NCBI GenBank assembly: GCA_038087875.1 | Contig: JAXLNO010003758.1 | Coordinates: 1-64,000, forward strand | Source: Malacoraja senta | Taxonomy: Eukaryota | DNA length: 64,000 nt | Direction of reading: 5' to 3' | Part shown: positions 34,114 through 45,715 of the stretch, piece by piece | Position numbering within the stretch: the first letter of the stretch is position 1 | Layout of the letters: every line of letters begins with the position of its first letter | Position numbers and translations under genes: made by a program | The notes under the pieces: generated by a model | Databases searched by the model: none | Seen by the model: the letters and a program-made list of their open reading frames with translations, nothing else | Told to the model about the DNA's origin: nothing

Positions 34114-35775
34114 AAACATAGAAAATAGGTGCAGGAGTAGGCCATTCGGCCCTTCGAGCCTGCACCGCCATTCAATATTATCATGGCTCAGTATCCAACT
34201 CAGTGTCCTGTACCTGCCTTCTCTCCATACCCCCTGATCCCTTTAGCCACAAGGGCCACATCTAATTCCCTCTTAAATATAGCCTATGAACTGGCCTCAA
34301 CTACCTTCTGTGGCAGAGAATTCCACAGATTCACCACTCTGTGTGAAAAATGTTTTCTCATCTCGGTCACAAAAGACTTCCCCCTTATCCTTAAACTGTG
34401 ACCCGTTGTTCTGGACTTCCCCAACATCGGGAACAATCTTCCTGCATCTAGCCTGTCCAACCCCTTAAGAATTTTGTAAGTTTCTATAAGATCCCCCCTC
34501 AATCTTCTAAATTCTAGCGAGTACAAGCCGAGTCTATCCAGTCTTTCTTCATATCAAAGTCCTACCATCCCAGGAATCAATCTGGTGAACCTTCTCTGTA
34601 CTCCCTCTTTGGCAAGAATGTCTTTCCTCAGATTAGGCGACCAAAACTGTACGCAATACTCCAGGTGTGGTCTCACCAAGACCCTGTACAACTGCAGTAG
34701 AACCTCCCTGCTCTTATACTCAAATTATTTTGCTATGAATGGTAACATACCATTTGCTTTCTTCACTGCCTGCTGCACCTGCATGCCTACTTTCAATGAC
34801 TGGTGTACCATGACACCCAGGTCTCGTTGCATCTCCCCTTTTCCTAATCGGCCACCATTCAGATAATAGTCTACTTTCCTGTTTTGACCACCAAAGTGGA
34901 TAACCTCACATTTATCCACATTATACTGCATCTGCCATGCATTTGCCCACTCACCCAACCTATCCAATTCACCTTTCAGCCTCCTAGCATCCTCCTCACA
35001 GCTAACACTGCCCCCCAGCTTCGTGTCATCCGCAAACTTGGAGATGTTGCATTCAATTCCCTCATCCAGATCATTAATATAGATTGTAAATAGCTGGGGT
35101 CCCAGCACACAGCACCTCACTAGTCACTGAAGAAGGGTTTCGGCCCGAAACGTTACCTATTTCCATCGCTCCATAGATGCTGCTGCACCCGCTGAGTTTC
35201 TCCAGCATTTTTGTGTACCTCACTAGTCACTGCCTGCCATTCTGAAAAGGACCCGTTTCCTCCTACTCTTTGCTTCCTGTCTGCCAGCCAGTTCTCTATC
35301 CACATCAATACTGAACACCCAATACCATGTGCTTTAAGTTAGCATACTAATCTCTTATGTGGAACCTTGTCGAAAGCCTTCTGAAAGTCCAGATATAACA
35401 CATCCACTGGTTCTCCCTAATCCACTCTACTAGTTGCATCCTCGAAAAATTCTATAAGATTCGTCAGACATGATTTACCTTTCATAAATCCATGCTGACT
35501 TTGTCCAATGATTTCACCACTTTTCAAATGTGCTGCTATCCCATCTTTAATAACTGACTCTAGCAGTTTCCCCACTAACTGGTCTGTAATTCCCCGTTTT
35601 CTCTCTCCCTCCCTTTTTAAAAAGTGGGGTTACATTAGCTACCCTCCAATCCTCAGGAACTACTCCAGAATCTAAAGAGTTTTGAAAAATTATCACTAAT
35701 GCATCCACTATTTCTGGGGCTACTTCCTTAAGTACTCTGGGATACAGCCTATCTGGCCCTGGGGATTTATCGGCC
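34114..35775 (-). mobile_element. CR1 LINE 3' half
   Basis: ORFs 34284-34526, 34725-35120 (FADD) and 35547-35792 (DKSPGPD); ATAGAAAC tail. Confidence 0.9.
35127..35220 (+). ncRNA. Short Penelope-type element with an intact minimal type-I hammerhead core, flanked by a 16-bp TSD
   Basis: CTGAAGA-A-GGGT-TTCG-GCCC-GAAA-CG-TT; TSD ACCTCACTAGTCACTG at 35114-35129 and 35217-35232. Confidence 0.7.
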
Positions 35776-36765
35776 TCTCCTCCCCTCTCCATCCTTACTT
35801 CTCCTCTCCTTTACATACCTCTCCTCTTTCCCATCCTCCCTTCACCTCTCCACACATCCTCTCCTCCCCTCCCCTCTCGTCTCTTCTAAACTCCCCTCAT
35901 CCACTCTCCTCTTCCCTCCCATCCCTCCTCTCTCCTTCCATCATCCCCTCCTCTCCTCTCCACACCACCTCTCTTCTCCCCTCCTCCACTCCTCACATCT
36001 CCCCTCTTCACTCTCCTCTCACCTCCACTACCCTCCTCCCCTCCATTCTCCCCTCCTCGCCTACATTCTCCCCTACTCTCCTCTCCTCTACCCCTACACT
36101 CCCTCTCCCTGTCGCCTCTCTCCTCTACCCTCTCCTCTACCCTGTCCTCTCTTCTACCCTCTCCTCCCCCTCCTCCCCCCATCTTCTCTCCTCCCTCTTC
36201 TCTCCTCTCCCTCCTACCTTCTACTCTCCTCCTTTCTCTTCTCCCCTCACCCCCTTCTCCTCCTCTCTCCTCTCCCCTACTCTGCCTCCCTCACCTCCCT
36301 TCTCTCCTCTCACCCCACCCCCCTCCACTCCTATACTTTCCACTCTTCTATCCCCTCCCCTACTCTTCACCCCCTCCTCTCAACTCTCCTCCCCTCCCCA
36401 TCCTTATTTCTCCTCTCCTTTACTTTCCTCTTCTCTCTCCCCTCCCCTCCTCTGCCCTCTTCACTCCTCCCCTCACCCCTTCTCCCCTCTCTGCTTCTCT
36501 CTCCCCCTCCCTTCAAATCCAGCACCAAAGATAATATAGTGGAGGTGAGAGATTGTTCTCCCCTTCTCCCCTTATCTCTCATCCCCTCTCTCTCCCCTCA
36601 AAACCAGCACCAAAAATAATTGCAATATGGACTAGGTGAGAGATTGTCTCCTCTGCTCTCCCGTCCTCTCCCCTCTCTTCACCCTTCCCCTCTCCTCTCC
36701 CTCCCCTTCACTCCCCTCTTCCCTCCCCTCCATTCCTCTCCTCTTCTCTCCTCTTTTTCTTTCCT
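35776..36765. repeat. ~1-kb polypyrimidine (CT/CCT) tract ending in a degenerate minisatellite
   Basis: Nearly pure C/T; the unit CAAATCCAGCACCAAAGATAAT..AGTGGAGGTGAGA recurs at ~36515, ~36600 and ~37381. Confidence 0.9.
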
Positions 36766-37345
36766 TTTCAAAAACTTTATTAAGCACAAACACATGATAC
36801 ATCAAAAACACAATCAGAAGTTACAATGTATCAAATAATCATTATAGTACAATGATGCATTCATTATTTACGATACTCTCAACCCCATGTGGTGACCAGC
36901 GCCCACGGAAGGCATCCAGAGTCCCCAAGGACACCACGTGTTCCCTCTCCAGGGACCCGCGAGCACGTATGTAGGCCCGGAAGAGGGGTAGACAGCCGAC
37001 TCTAGCATGACCATCGACCGCCCACTGCCTGGACCCACGAATGGCCATCTTGGCCAGACCCAGGAGCAAACTGACAGGGAGGTCCCACCCCCCGATCGGC
37101 TCTCCTCACTCCCTGCCTTGTGTCCAAACACTAGAATCATGGGACTAAAATGCAACCAGAACTTGAGGAACAACCCCTTCAGATATTGGTGCAGGGGCAG
37201 TAACCTCTCACACTCCATATACGCGTGGAACACGGTTTCCTCCTCACCACAGAAAATACAGGCGGCCGACGAGCCCGTGATCCGACTCAAAAGTTCATTA
37301 CACGCCACCACACTCTCCATCCCAGGTCCCCAATGTAAAGGGGCT
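36766..37345 (-). mobile_element. Tx1-clade LINE 3' fragment
   Basis: ORFs 36868-37320 (CIFCGEEETVFHAYMEC zinc knuckle) and 36842-37069 (LLGLAKMAI). Confidence 0.85.
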
Positions 37346-37427
37346 CCCCTCTCCTCCCTGCTTCTCTCGCTGCTCTCCCATCAAATCCAGCACCAAAGAT
37401 AATTGTAATATAGTGGAGGTGAGAATA

Positions 37428-40400
37428 TTATGACTGCTTCCTACGCAGTTGAAGACTTTGATCTCCGGGCTCTGATAGTTTCAATTCTGACACAAACGTT
37501 ATCACCCTCCACAATAAGTGTTTGAAAGCAAAATCAGCTCATGTGGCCCAAGTGACTGAGTGTGTAAACAGTGCACACACGAGAGTGAGCTGAGTGGAAC
37601 TAGACTCATGATGCTGCTTCAGAGGACAAGTGGCAGTGCAGGTCAGTCAGCGGCAATGAATGAATGAATCATTCTCTTCCTCCCCCAATGATTCTGAAGT
37701 GAAACGGGAAAATACATCTAATGCAGAATTTCATCCCAATCTGCAGCAGGAGCGGGACCTTGATACTTCTAACCATTTATAATTTGCTCTGCTGTCGCTG
37801 GAGAGTCAGCCACTAATTTATTTCAGATAGTTTCTATCAATTACTGAAACGCCTCAAAGTCTTCACTGGAGCACAGTCACACCAAACTGACACTAGTCTG
37901 TAGCCATTTTGCTACAGGTATGTAGTTGCGTACTGGCCAGAACAGATATGATGACACATTCCCTTCCATGAAGTGCAGCAGTGAACTATCGACATGCGTC
38001 ACCACCAACGGAAGCATTTTACGTCAGAATGCATTTATTAATAAAATTGAAATTCCCAGATCATGGGTTGGAATTTTGAGCTCATGTCGATGCGGGGGAT
38101 GAATCTGCTGAGTCTGCTTTGGTGCTTGTGAGCAACACTGCAACGTGACACAGCAAGTGGTACAAAGGTGAAAGGAGTGCAGGCTTATGTGCCCAGAGTT
38201 GGAAGAATGACACCTTTACAGAAGGTTGTGTTTGTGGTAAAGGTTTCAGAGATGGTGAGACACATGGTCAGAGTAAGACTGCGATATCAGCATGTGACAT
38301 TCTTAAACCGAGGGAATCCCAGGCTTGGCCTACAAGGAGAAAAGTAGCGTTTCTCATTCATGTTGCTCAGTATTACTAATCGATGCTGCAGGGGTTCCAA
38401 GCAAAGCACATATCAAATTGTGCCCCTGTAATGTACCAGCTGATCATGGTGATGGGAAAGAGAGTCAAATCCCAGTTGACGGCTCCTTTGTTCTGGGTTT
38501 TTTTCAGTCAAAGCACCCAACCTGCTATTTAACACGAGTTTTTCTGCTATTCTGTTTTCAATAATCTAGCCAGTGTATAGTTTGATCTGCCATTGGTCAG
38601 TCTTTTGCAATAAATCTAGCCAGTGTATAGTTTGATCTGCCATTGATCAGTCTTTTATGTGATGACATAAACATCTTAAAGTTCTTTTATAAGACACCTG
38701 TTTGGATTTCTACCCTGGCTTTCCATAAAGACCCTGTCCCAATTCTGCAATTTTGATACAATGATACAATTTATTTGTTGTCATTTGAACCTAAGTTCAA
38801 ACGAAATTTGGTTTCTGCAGTCATGCAAACAAGTACAAAGAACCAAGACACAACACAATTTACACACAAACATCCATCACAGTGAATCTCCTCCTCACTG
38901 TGATGGAAGGCAAAGTCTTGTCTCTCCCCTGCTCTCCTCATTCTCCTCCCGATGTCAAAGTCAAAGCCCCCAGCGGGCGATGGTAAGTCCCGCGGCCATT
39001 AAAGCCGTACCGGGCGATGCAAGGCCGCGCTCCGGGTCTTGATGTTGGAGCCCTTGGCGGGCGCTAGCAAGTCCCGCGGCCATCTAAAGCCGTCTGTGCG
39101 ATGTAAGGCCCCGCTCCAGGTCATTTTCAACCCCGCAACTCGGGCGGGAGAAGTTGCCGTTGCGGGAGCTCCGAAATTTTTTTCTGCAACTACCGGCACC
39201 CGTCATAGTCGGGTAAAATTTTCAACATGTTGAAAATCCAACGGTGACCAGAAGACTATACGACTCTTTGGGAGACTGAGGAGACTACTCATGACCAGGG
39301 TGAAGCCTGTATGGTCGTGAGTAGTAGCCAAAAGAGTCGTACCTTGTTCTGGATTTTCAACATGTTGAACATTTTCGGCCACCTGTAACGACCAATGACG
39401 GGTGCTGGCAGTCGCTGAAAAAGTTGCGTAAGTGGGACAGGCCCTTGAGGAAGAGGGTCTCACATCTACTTTGCTCCTCTGTTCCAGTTGAAACAAAAAG
39501 ACTCAAGGTCAGCCTGCTGCCTCCAGCTCATCAAGAGACCACGCGTAGCCACACAGCCACCCTCGAATGTGTGCTCTCTGGTTTCTACCCGGACCTCATA
39601 AACGTCACTTGGGAGAAAGACGGAGCCCCGATCTCCTCCACCACCAACGCTACACCGACTGCTCTGGAGCAGGGGGGGACTTTCAGTGCTTGCCACTTCC
39701 TGACTGTGAGTTCAGAGGATTGGAAGAAAGGCTCAGTCTTCGGCTGAAGTGTCTCATCCCCCCTCGAACACCAGTATCAGTCGGGAAGTGAAAAGCTTTC
39801 AAGGTACGGTGCTGGGATTCACTTTAATGAACACATCTTTTACCCCGTCACAAAATAGGGCCAGGCAAGTTTAGCACTGAAGGACAGGTGTTGCAGTGTG
39901 TGAGTGAGTGAATGATAACCAAGAGGCCTAGACTAGGGTCAAGAAGAGTGAAAAGTGTTTTATTGTCATATGCCCCAGACAGGACAATGCATTTCATGCT
40001 TGCTGCAGCACAACAGAATATGTGAATATGTAAACATAGTACATAACGGGGGAAGAGAAAAATAGAAAAAGATCAATAAATAACAAATAGTGCAAATAAC
40101 AAATAATAATATAATCTTTTGCAGTTCAGAGCTCAGAGCTTATTCGTTGTGTTTAATAGCCTGATGGCTGCAGGGAAGTAGCTGTTCCTGTACCTGGACG
40201 TTACAGTTTTCAGGCTCCTGTAACTGCTTCCTGATGGCAATGGTGAGATGAGTGTGTGGCCAGGATGGTGTGGGTCTTTGATGATTTTGGCTGCCTTTTT
40301 GAGGCAGCGACTACGATAGATCCCTTCGACGGTCAAAGCCGGCGATGAACTGGGCAGTAGTCACAACTTTTGTAGTCTTTTTCGCTCCTGGACGTTCAAG

Positions 40401-43220
40401 TTGCCGAACCAGGCCACGATGCAACCAGAACTAGGGCACAATGCTAAATATCTCTGTACTTTTACATCTTCAGTTTATTCCAAAACTGCTCAGTAGCCAG
40501 GACACTGAGAAGACCAAGCCTGCTGTTCTTCAAAATTAGTGTCACAGGGTCAGTCCACTCATTGTTGTCGGCCCTCTGTGTGTGGCATCTCAGTCTAGTT
40601 GGCTTGCTGCTAATTTGAAGAGTGGAGTTGAGTATTTGTACTTGTACAATTGTTTGTCGACACTGGAAAAGAGGTCCATCAGAAAGTCCATTGAGTGGAT
40701 GGAGCTGGGTACAAGCGTGTTGGCACTGGAGTGATCATGGAGTCATAGATTTATACAGGACGGTAACAGGCCCTTCGGCTCAGCTTGCCTTTGCCAACCA
40801 AGTGCCCGATCTACACTAGTCCCGTCTCCCCGTGTTTGGCCTAAATCTCTGATCATCTCATGTTCATGTGATAGGAGCAGAATTAGGCCATTCAGCCCAT
40901 CAAGTCTACTCTGCCATTCAATCATGGCTGATCTATCGCGCCTTCCTAACCCCATTCTCTTGCCTTCTCCCCTTGACACCAATACTAATCAAGAATCAAT
41001 CTATCTCTGCTTTAAAAATACCCATTGAGTGGGCCTCCACAGCCTTCTGTGGCAATGACTTCCTCAGATTCACTACCCTGTGACAAAACAAATTCCTCCT
41101 CATCTTCCTAGAGGAACCTCCTTTAATTCTGAGGCTATGGTCCTCGACTCTCCCACCAGTGGAATCATCCTCTTTACATCCGCTCAGTCCAGGCCTTTCA
41201 CTATTCGTCCTATCCATGTACCTGTCCAAATAACTTTAAAACATTGTCATAGTTTCTGCGTCAACTACCTCCTCCTGCAGCACATTCCATGTACCCAGTG
41301 CCCTCTGTGTGAAAAGGTTGCCCCTCAGATTCCCATTAAATCTGTCCCCCCTCACTTTCAACCCATGCCCTGGTTCTTGATTGCACTACTCTGGGTGAAG
41401 GAGCCTGGTTGTACATACGTGTGTCTAACGATCTCCTGCACTCTGTCAAATGTGGTTATCTCCTCTTGTGATATTGTGCCGATAGTAACAAGACCAGGCT
41501 GTGGTTAGTTGAGCAGTTGCTACTCTTGAGGAAAGGGAATGTCTCTCCAGAAAGTCACTGCTATGCAGTGTCTTGTGCAGACTGGTGTTCCAGGGTTCAC
41601 ATTACTCAGCCAGGGAGAGAACGTCAACTGAGAATGAAAATGGATTCCAGACCAAATTCATATCAAACATCATTTTTTGGTTAAACATAACTGGTTGCAT
41701 CATGGCTTGGTTCGGCAACTTGAACGTCCAGGAGCGGAAAAGAATGCAGAAAGTTGTGACCACTGCCCAGTCCATCATCGACTCTGACCTCCCTACCATC
41801 GAAGGGATCTATCGCAGTCGCTGCCTCAAAAAGGCTGCCAGCATCATCAAAGATCCACACCATCCTGGCCACTCACTCATCTCTCCGTTGCCATCAGGAA
41901 GAAGATACAGGAGCTTGAAATCTGGAACATCGAGGTTCAGGAACAGCTACTTCCCCACAGCCATCAAACAAACTCTGAACAATAACAGCCTATTGCACTT
42001 TATCTGTTTATTTATTGTGTATATATATGTATATATATATGGTCTATAGATACACTGAACTTTTATCTCCTGTTCTGTATTATGTTTACATATTCTGTTG
42101 TGCTGCAGCAAGCAAGAATTTCATTGTCCTATCTGGGACACATGACAATAAAACTCTCTTGACTCTTGAAATATCAATTACCAAAGTTTCAGAGAACTTG
42201 CAGTTACTATGATAACATCTTTGTGTCAGGTCTGATCCTGCATGAAACCTGCAGAGATCCCACAAGAGGGTACATGTGTGTTTGTGTCAATGTAACCTAT
42301 CAATGTTCAATAAAGAATATACATGTAGTGTTGGTGTTGGTGTTCCCTGTTGGTGCGTTTTGGGAGGTGTTGCCAAGTTGGTGGGGAACAGGTGACCTGG
42401 ATCTAAGATTGCACATTGTCTTTCTACAGATTATGTAAATATACATGTATTAGTCTCCTCCGTCCAAAGAATAGAACATTCTGAAGGAGGGTCTCGACCC
42501 GAAATGTCACCCATTCCTTCTATCCAGAGATGCTGCATGTCCTACAGAGTTTTGTGTCTATCTTTGGTGTAAACCAGCATCTGCAGTTCCTTCCCACACA
42601 TTCGTGATGAACCTTTCTGGTCTTTAAAATATTCAAAGCTAATGAACAGGGAAAGGAGTTTTGATCATCTTTGTGAATGCATTTGATAAACTCATTCAGA
42701 AAGTGGAAAGTTACAGAAGGAAGGGCCAGTGATGAGCTTTGCCTGTGGCAACGTGTTCAGGGCTGAAGCTATTCACTATATTTATTGATAGTTGAGATGT
42801 CGGATAGAAAGCCACACGACCAAGTTTGCCGCTCACACAAGGCAAGCAGAAGTGTCAACAGAGCATCTGGATGGTATCCTTGCTGAGATAAGGATAAATG
42901 AAGTGAATAGGCAAATCTGTGGCAAGAACCAGCTCTTTAAATGTGTGTGGACCACACCCAAATACACAATAGGTGCAGGAGTAGGCCATATGGCCCTTCG
43001 ATCCAGCACCGCCATTCAATGTGATCATGGCTGATCATCCCCAATCAGTACCCTGTTCCTGCCTTCTCCCCATATCCCCTGACTCCGCTATCTTTAAGAG
43101 CCCTGTCTAGCTCTCTCTTGAAAGTGTCCAGAGAACCAGCCTCGACCGCCCTCTGAGGCAGAGAAGTCCACACTCACAGCACTCTGCAAAAAAGTGTTTC
43201 CTTGTCTCCGTTCTAAATGG
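37428..43220. repeat. Right arm of the inverted segmental duplication (partner 450-6228)
   Basis: Carries inverted copies of the MITE (38730-39455), C exon, Rex ends, CR1 fragments and hammerhead element (~42480-42590) found in the left arm. Confidence 0.95.
39488..39803 (+). pseudogene. IgW: Orphan duplicate IgW constant-domain exon with a 2-nt deletion that removes the second Cys and creates TGA
   Basis: Splice sites TTCCAG|TT and CAAG|GTACGG are intact. GGCTGAAGTG replaces GGCTGTACAGTG. Length is 316 nt. No V or CH1 lies upstream on this strand within the window. Confidence 0.9.
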
Positions 43221-43339
43221 AGGGGGGGAGACGGGGAGGGGGAGGGGGAGGGGTGAGGGGAGAGGGGGGAGGGGGGAGGGAGGGGAGGGAGACGGGGGGA
43301 GGGGGGAGGGAGGGAGGTCAACATTACCACAAGTCGCGT

Positions 43340-43488
43340 TTGGCATCAGCAAATGGCGGCCGTGACGTGACAACGTGACTACGTCAGACGATTGGTCCAT
43401 CTTGCTGCTCTAGTAACTTTGGGCGGGATCAACTACATTTCCCGGCACGCTTTGCGGCACAGCGGCCATCTACAGTGGAAGCGGGAAG
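43340..43488 (+). promoter_or_regulatory. CpG-rich housekeeping-type promoter candidate
   Basis: YY1-like AAATGGCGGCC (43351), CRE half-sites TGACGT/ACGTCA, reverse CCAAT (43391), GC box GGGCGGG (43421) and ZNF143/SBS-like AACTACATTTCCCGGCA (43431) within ~100 bp. Confidence 0.55.
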
Positions 43489-43569
43489 ATGTCGTTGTCG
43501 GGGAGACTGCAGAAGGACGACATCGGCACCAAGATCGGCCGCCTGGCTCGTCGTGTGGAGGAACTCGAG
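43489..43569 (+). CDS. Putative first coding exon of an unidentified coiled-coil protein
   Basis: GGGAAGATG Kozak context; MSLSGRLQKDDIGTKIGRLARRVEELE followed by GAG|GTGAAA; GC3-rich codons; directly downstream of the promoter motifs. Confidence 0.45.
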
Positions 43570-43589
43570 GTGAAAACAAGAAAGGCCCT

Positions 43590-43800
43590 CGTGGAGACAG
43601 AGGGGGAGAGACGAGTGGCAAGGGGAGCAGTGGAGGGGGAGGTGAGGGAGAGAGGGAGGTGAGGGGTAGGGGGAGGTGAGGGGTAGGGGTAGGGGAGAGA
43701 AGGAGAGAGGGAATGGGGAAGGAGTGGAGGGGAGGAAGAGGTGAGGGGTAGGGGAGAGAAGGAGAGGGACTGGGGAAGGAGTGGAGGGGAGAGTGGGGAT
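43590..43800. repeat. G/A-rich low-complexity tract; a similar tract lies at 43221-43320
   Basis: GGGGA/GAGG runs flank the promoter-exon island on both sides. Confidence 0.85.
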
Positions 43801-45360
43801 CATGGTTGGATTCAAATTGAGTTTATTGACATGCACAAGTATGGATAAAACAAGATATTAGTACAACAGATATTGAGGAAAAAAGAATGTCTACTTATGC
43901 AATATAATAATAATAATAATATAACTTTAATTGTCATTCAAATATACACATAGACACAGTGCACATTGAACGAAATTTCATTGCATTGACTCTTCCAAGT
44001 AGCAGCAGAACATTTATATCAGGCGATCAGTAAAAATGCTTAGTGTGTCCATAAAAAGTGCTTTATGTGCATAGTTAAAAAAGGAACGTTTTTAAAAAGT
44101 GGCAATGTATAAGACAGTTTTTTGCATCGGTTTGATTGTGAGTTCAATAATCTTATGGCCTGGGGGATGAAACTGTTGCAGAACCTGGTTGACCGGCCCT
44201 TCATGCTGCAGTACCTCCTCCCAGAGTTCAGCAGTGTAAACGGTCCATATTGTGGGTGTGTGGGGGCTCTGGTAATGCCCTTAGCTCTTGACAGACAGCG
44301 TTTGTAACCAATGTCCATGATGGAGGGAAGAGAAGTCCCAATGATTTTTTCCGCTGTCCTCACCACTCTCTGAAGGCACTTCCAGTCCGCAGCTGTACAG
44401 CCGCCGCACCACACAGAGATGCAGCTGGTCATGACTGATTCAATGGTGCTTCTGTAGAATGTGGTGAGGATGGGAGGGTGGAGGTGTGATCTTCTCATCC
44501 TGCGGAGGAAGTACAAACGCTGCTGTGCCCGTTTTACCAGAGATGTGATGTTAGTAGCCCAAGTTAAGGTATCCGTTATATGCACACCCAGGAACTTGAT
44601 GCTTTTCACCTGCTCCACTGCTAAGTTGTTAATGCACAGCGGAGTGTGACTGGGCTGATTTTTCTTTCTGAAATCGACATCAATCTCCTTGGTTTTGTCC
44701 ACATTTAGGAGAAGGTTGTTCCTGCTGCACCTCCTCTCTGTATGCCTGGTTGTCGTTGTTGCGGATGAGGCCCACTACTGTTGTGTCAATAGCGTATTTG
44801 ATGATATGGTTAGTAGTGGACTTGGCGACACAGTCATGTGTCATCAATGTGAAGAGCAGCGGACTCAGGACACAGCCCTGAGGGGAGCCGGTGCTCAGTG
44901 TGATGACCGAGGAGGTGTTCTTTCCCACCCGCACAGACTGGGGTCTTTCAGAAAGGAAATCCAGGATCTAGTTGCATAGTGTGGTATTGAATCCTAGGGG
45001 TGCCAGTTTGCTCACCAGATGCTGGGGGATTATCGTATTGAATGCTGAGCTGAAGTCAACAAACAGCATCCGCACGTTGGTGTTCTTCACCTCCAGGTGT
45101 TGTAGGCTCAGGTGGACTGCAGAGGAGATAGCATCCTCTGTGGAGCGGTTCGGGCGATAAGCAAACTGGAATGGGTCAAAACTGGGGGGTAGTTTAGAGA
45201 CCATGTGCTGCTTAATAAGCCTCTCAAAGCACTTCATTATTATTGGTGTGAGTGCTACGGGGCGGTAATCATTCAGGCAGGTTATTGTAGACTTTTTGGG
45301 AACTGGTATGATGGAGGCTGTCTTGAAACATGATGGAACAATGGCCTGGTTCAGGGAGGT
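43800..45360 (-). mobile_element. Rex1/Babar-type LINE (RT domain to 3' end)
   Basis: ORFs 44968-45237 ([23 protein letters not shown]), 44680-44934 ([14 protein letters not shown]) and 44040-44702; (AAT)n tail. Confidence 0.9.
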
Positions 45361-45374
45361 GGACCATAGTGTAA

Positions 45375-45590
45375 TGGCCCTGTCTCACGGTGCGAGTTGA
45401 CCCACGAGGTACCCCGAGTGAAAGACTCGTGGTTGTGTACGAGATTCCAAGTGTATGATCAAGAATTTAACCGAGTTCCCACGGGTATGACTACGTTTGC
45501 CGTTAACTTGTCATTTTTGCGATGTTCCAAGTTCGTGTCCCGAGTTACCAAGTTCCTCTCCCGAGTTACTCTTGAGCCAAACGTGAATGA
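45375..45590. mobile_element. Left part of a Harbinger-like MITE (matching right part at 55483-55760)
   Basis: CTGTCTCACGGTGCGAGTTGACCCACGAGGTACCCCGAG is a ~40-bp inverted repeat of CTCGGGGTACCTCGTGGGTCAGCTCGCACCGTGAGACGG at ~55720-55758. Confidence 0.6.
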
Positions 45591-45618
45591 AGGTCTGTTT
45601 TAATAAGCAACAGTGTTA

Positions 45619-45715
45619 CTGAAGAAGGGTTTCGACCCGAAACGTCGCATATCTCTTCTCTCCGTAGGTGCTGCCTCACCCGCTGAGTTTCTCCAGCATT
45701 TTTTGTTTGCCTTTG
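45619..45715 (+). ncRNA. Short Penelope-type element with an intact minimal hammerhead core
   Basis: CTGAAGA-A-GGGT-TTCG-ACCC-GAAA-CG-TC. Confidence 0.7.

Noticed and set aside
35886-36582. Gly/Glu/Arg-rich ORFs (35886-36182, 36367-36582; also 43094-43836)
   Set aside because: Translations of purine/pyrimidine low-complexity tracts.
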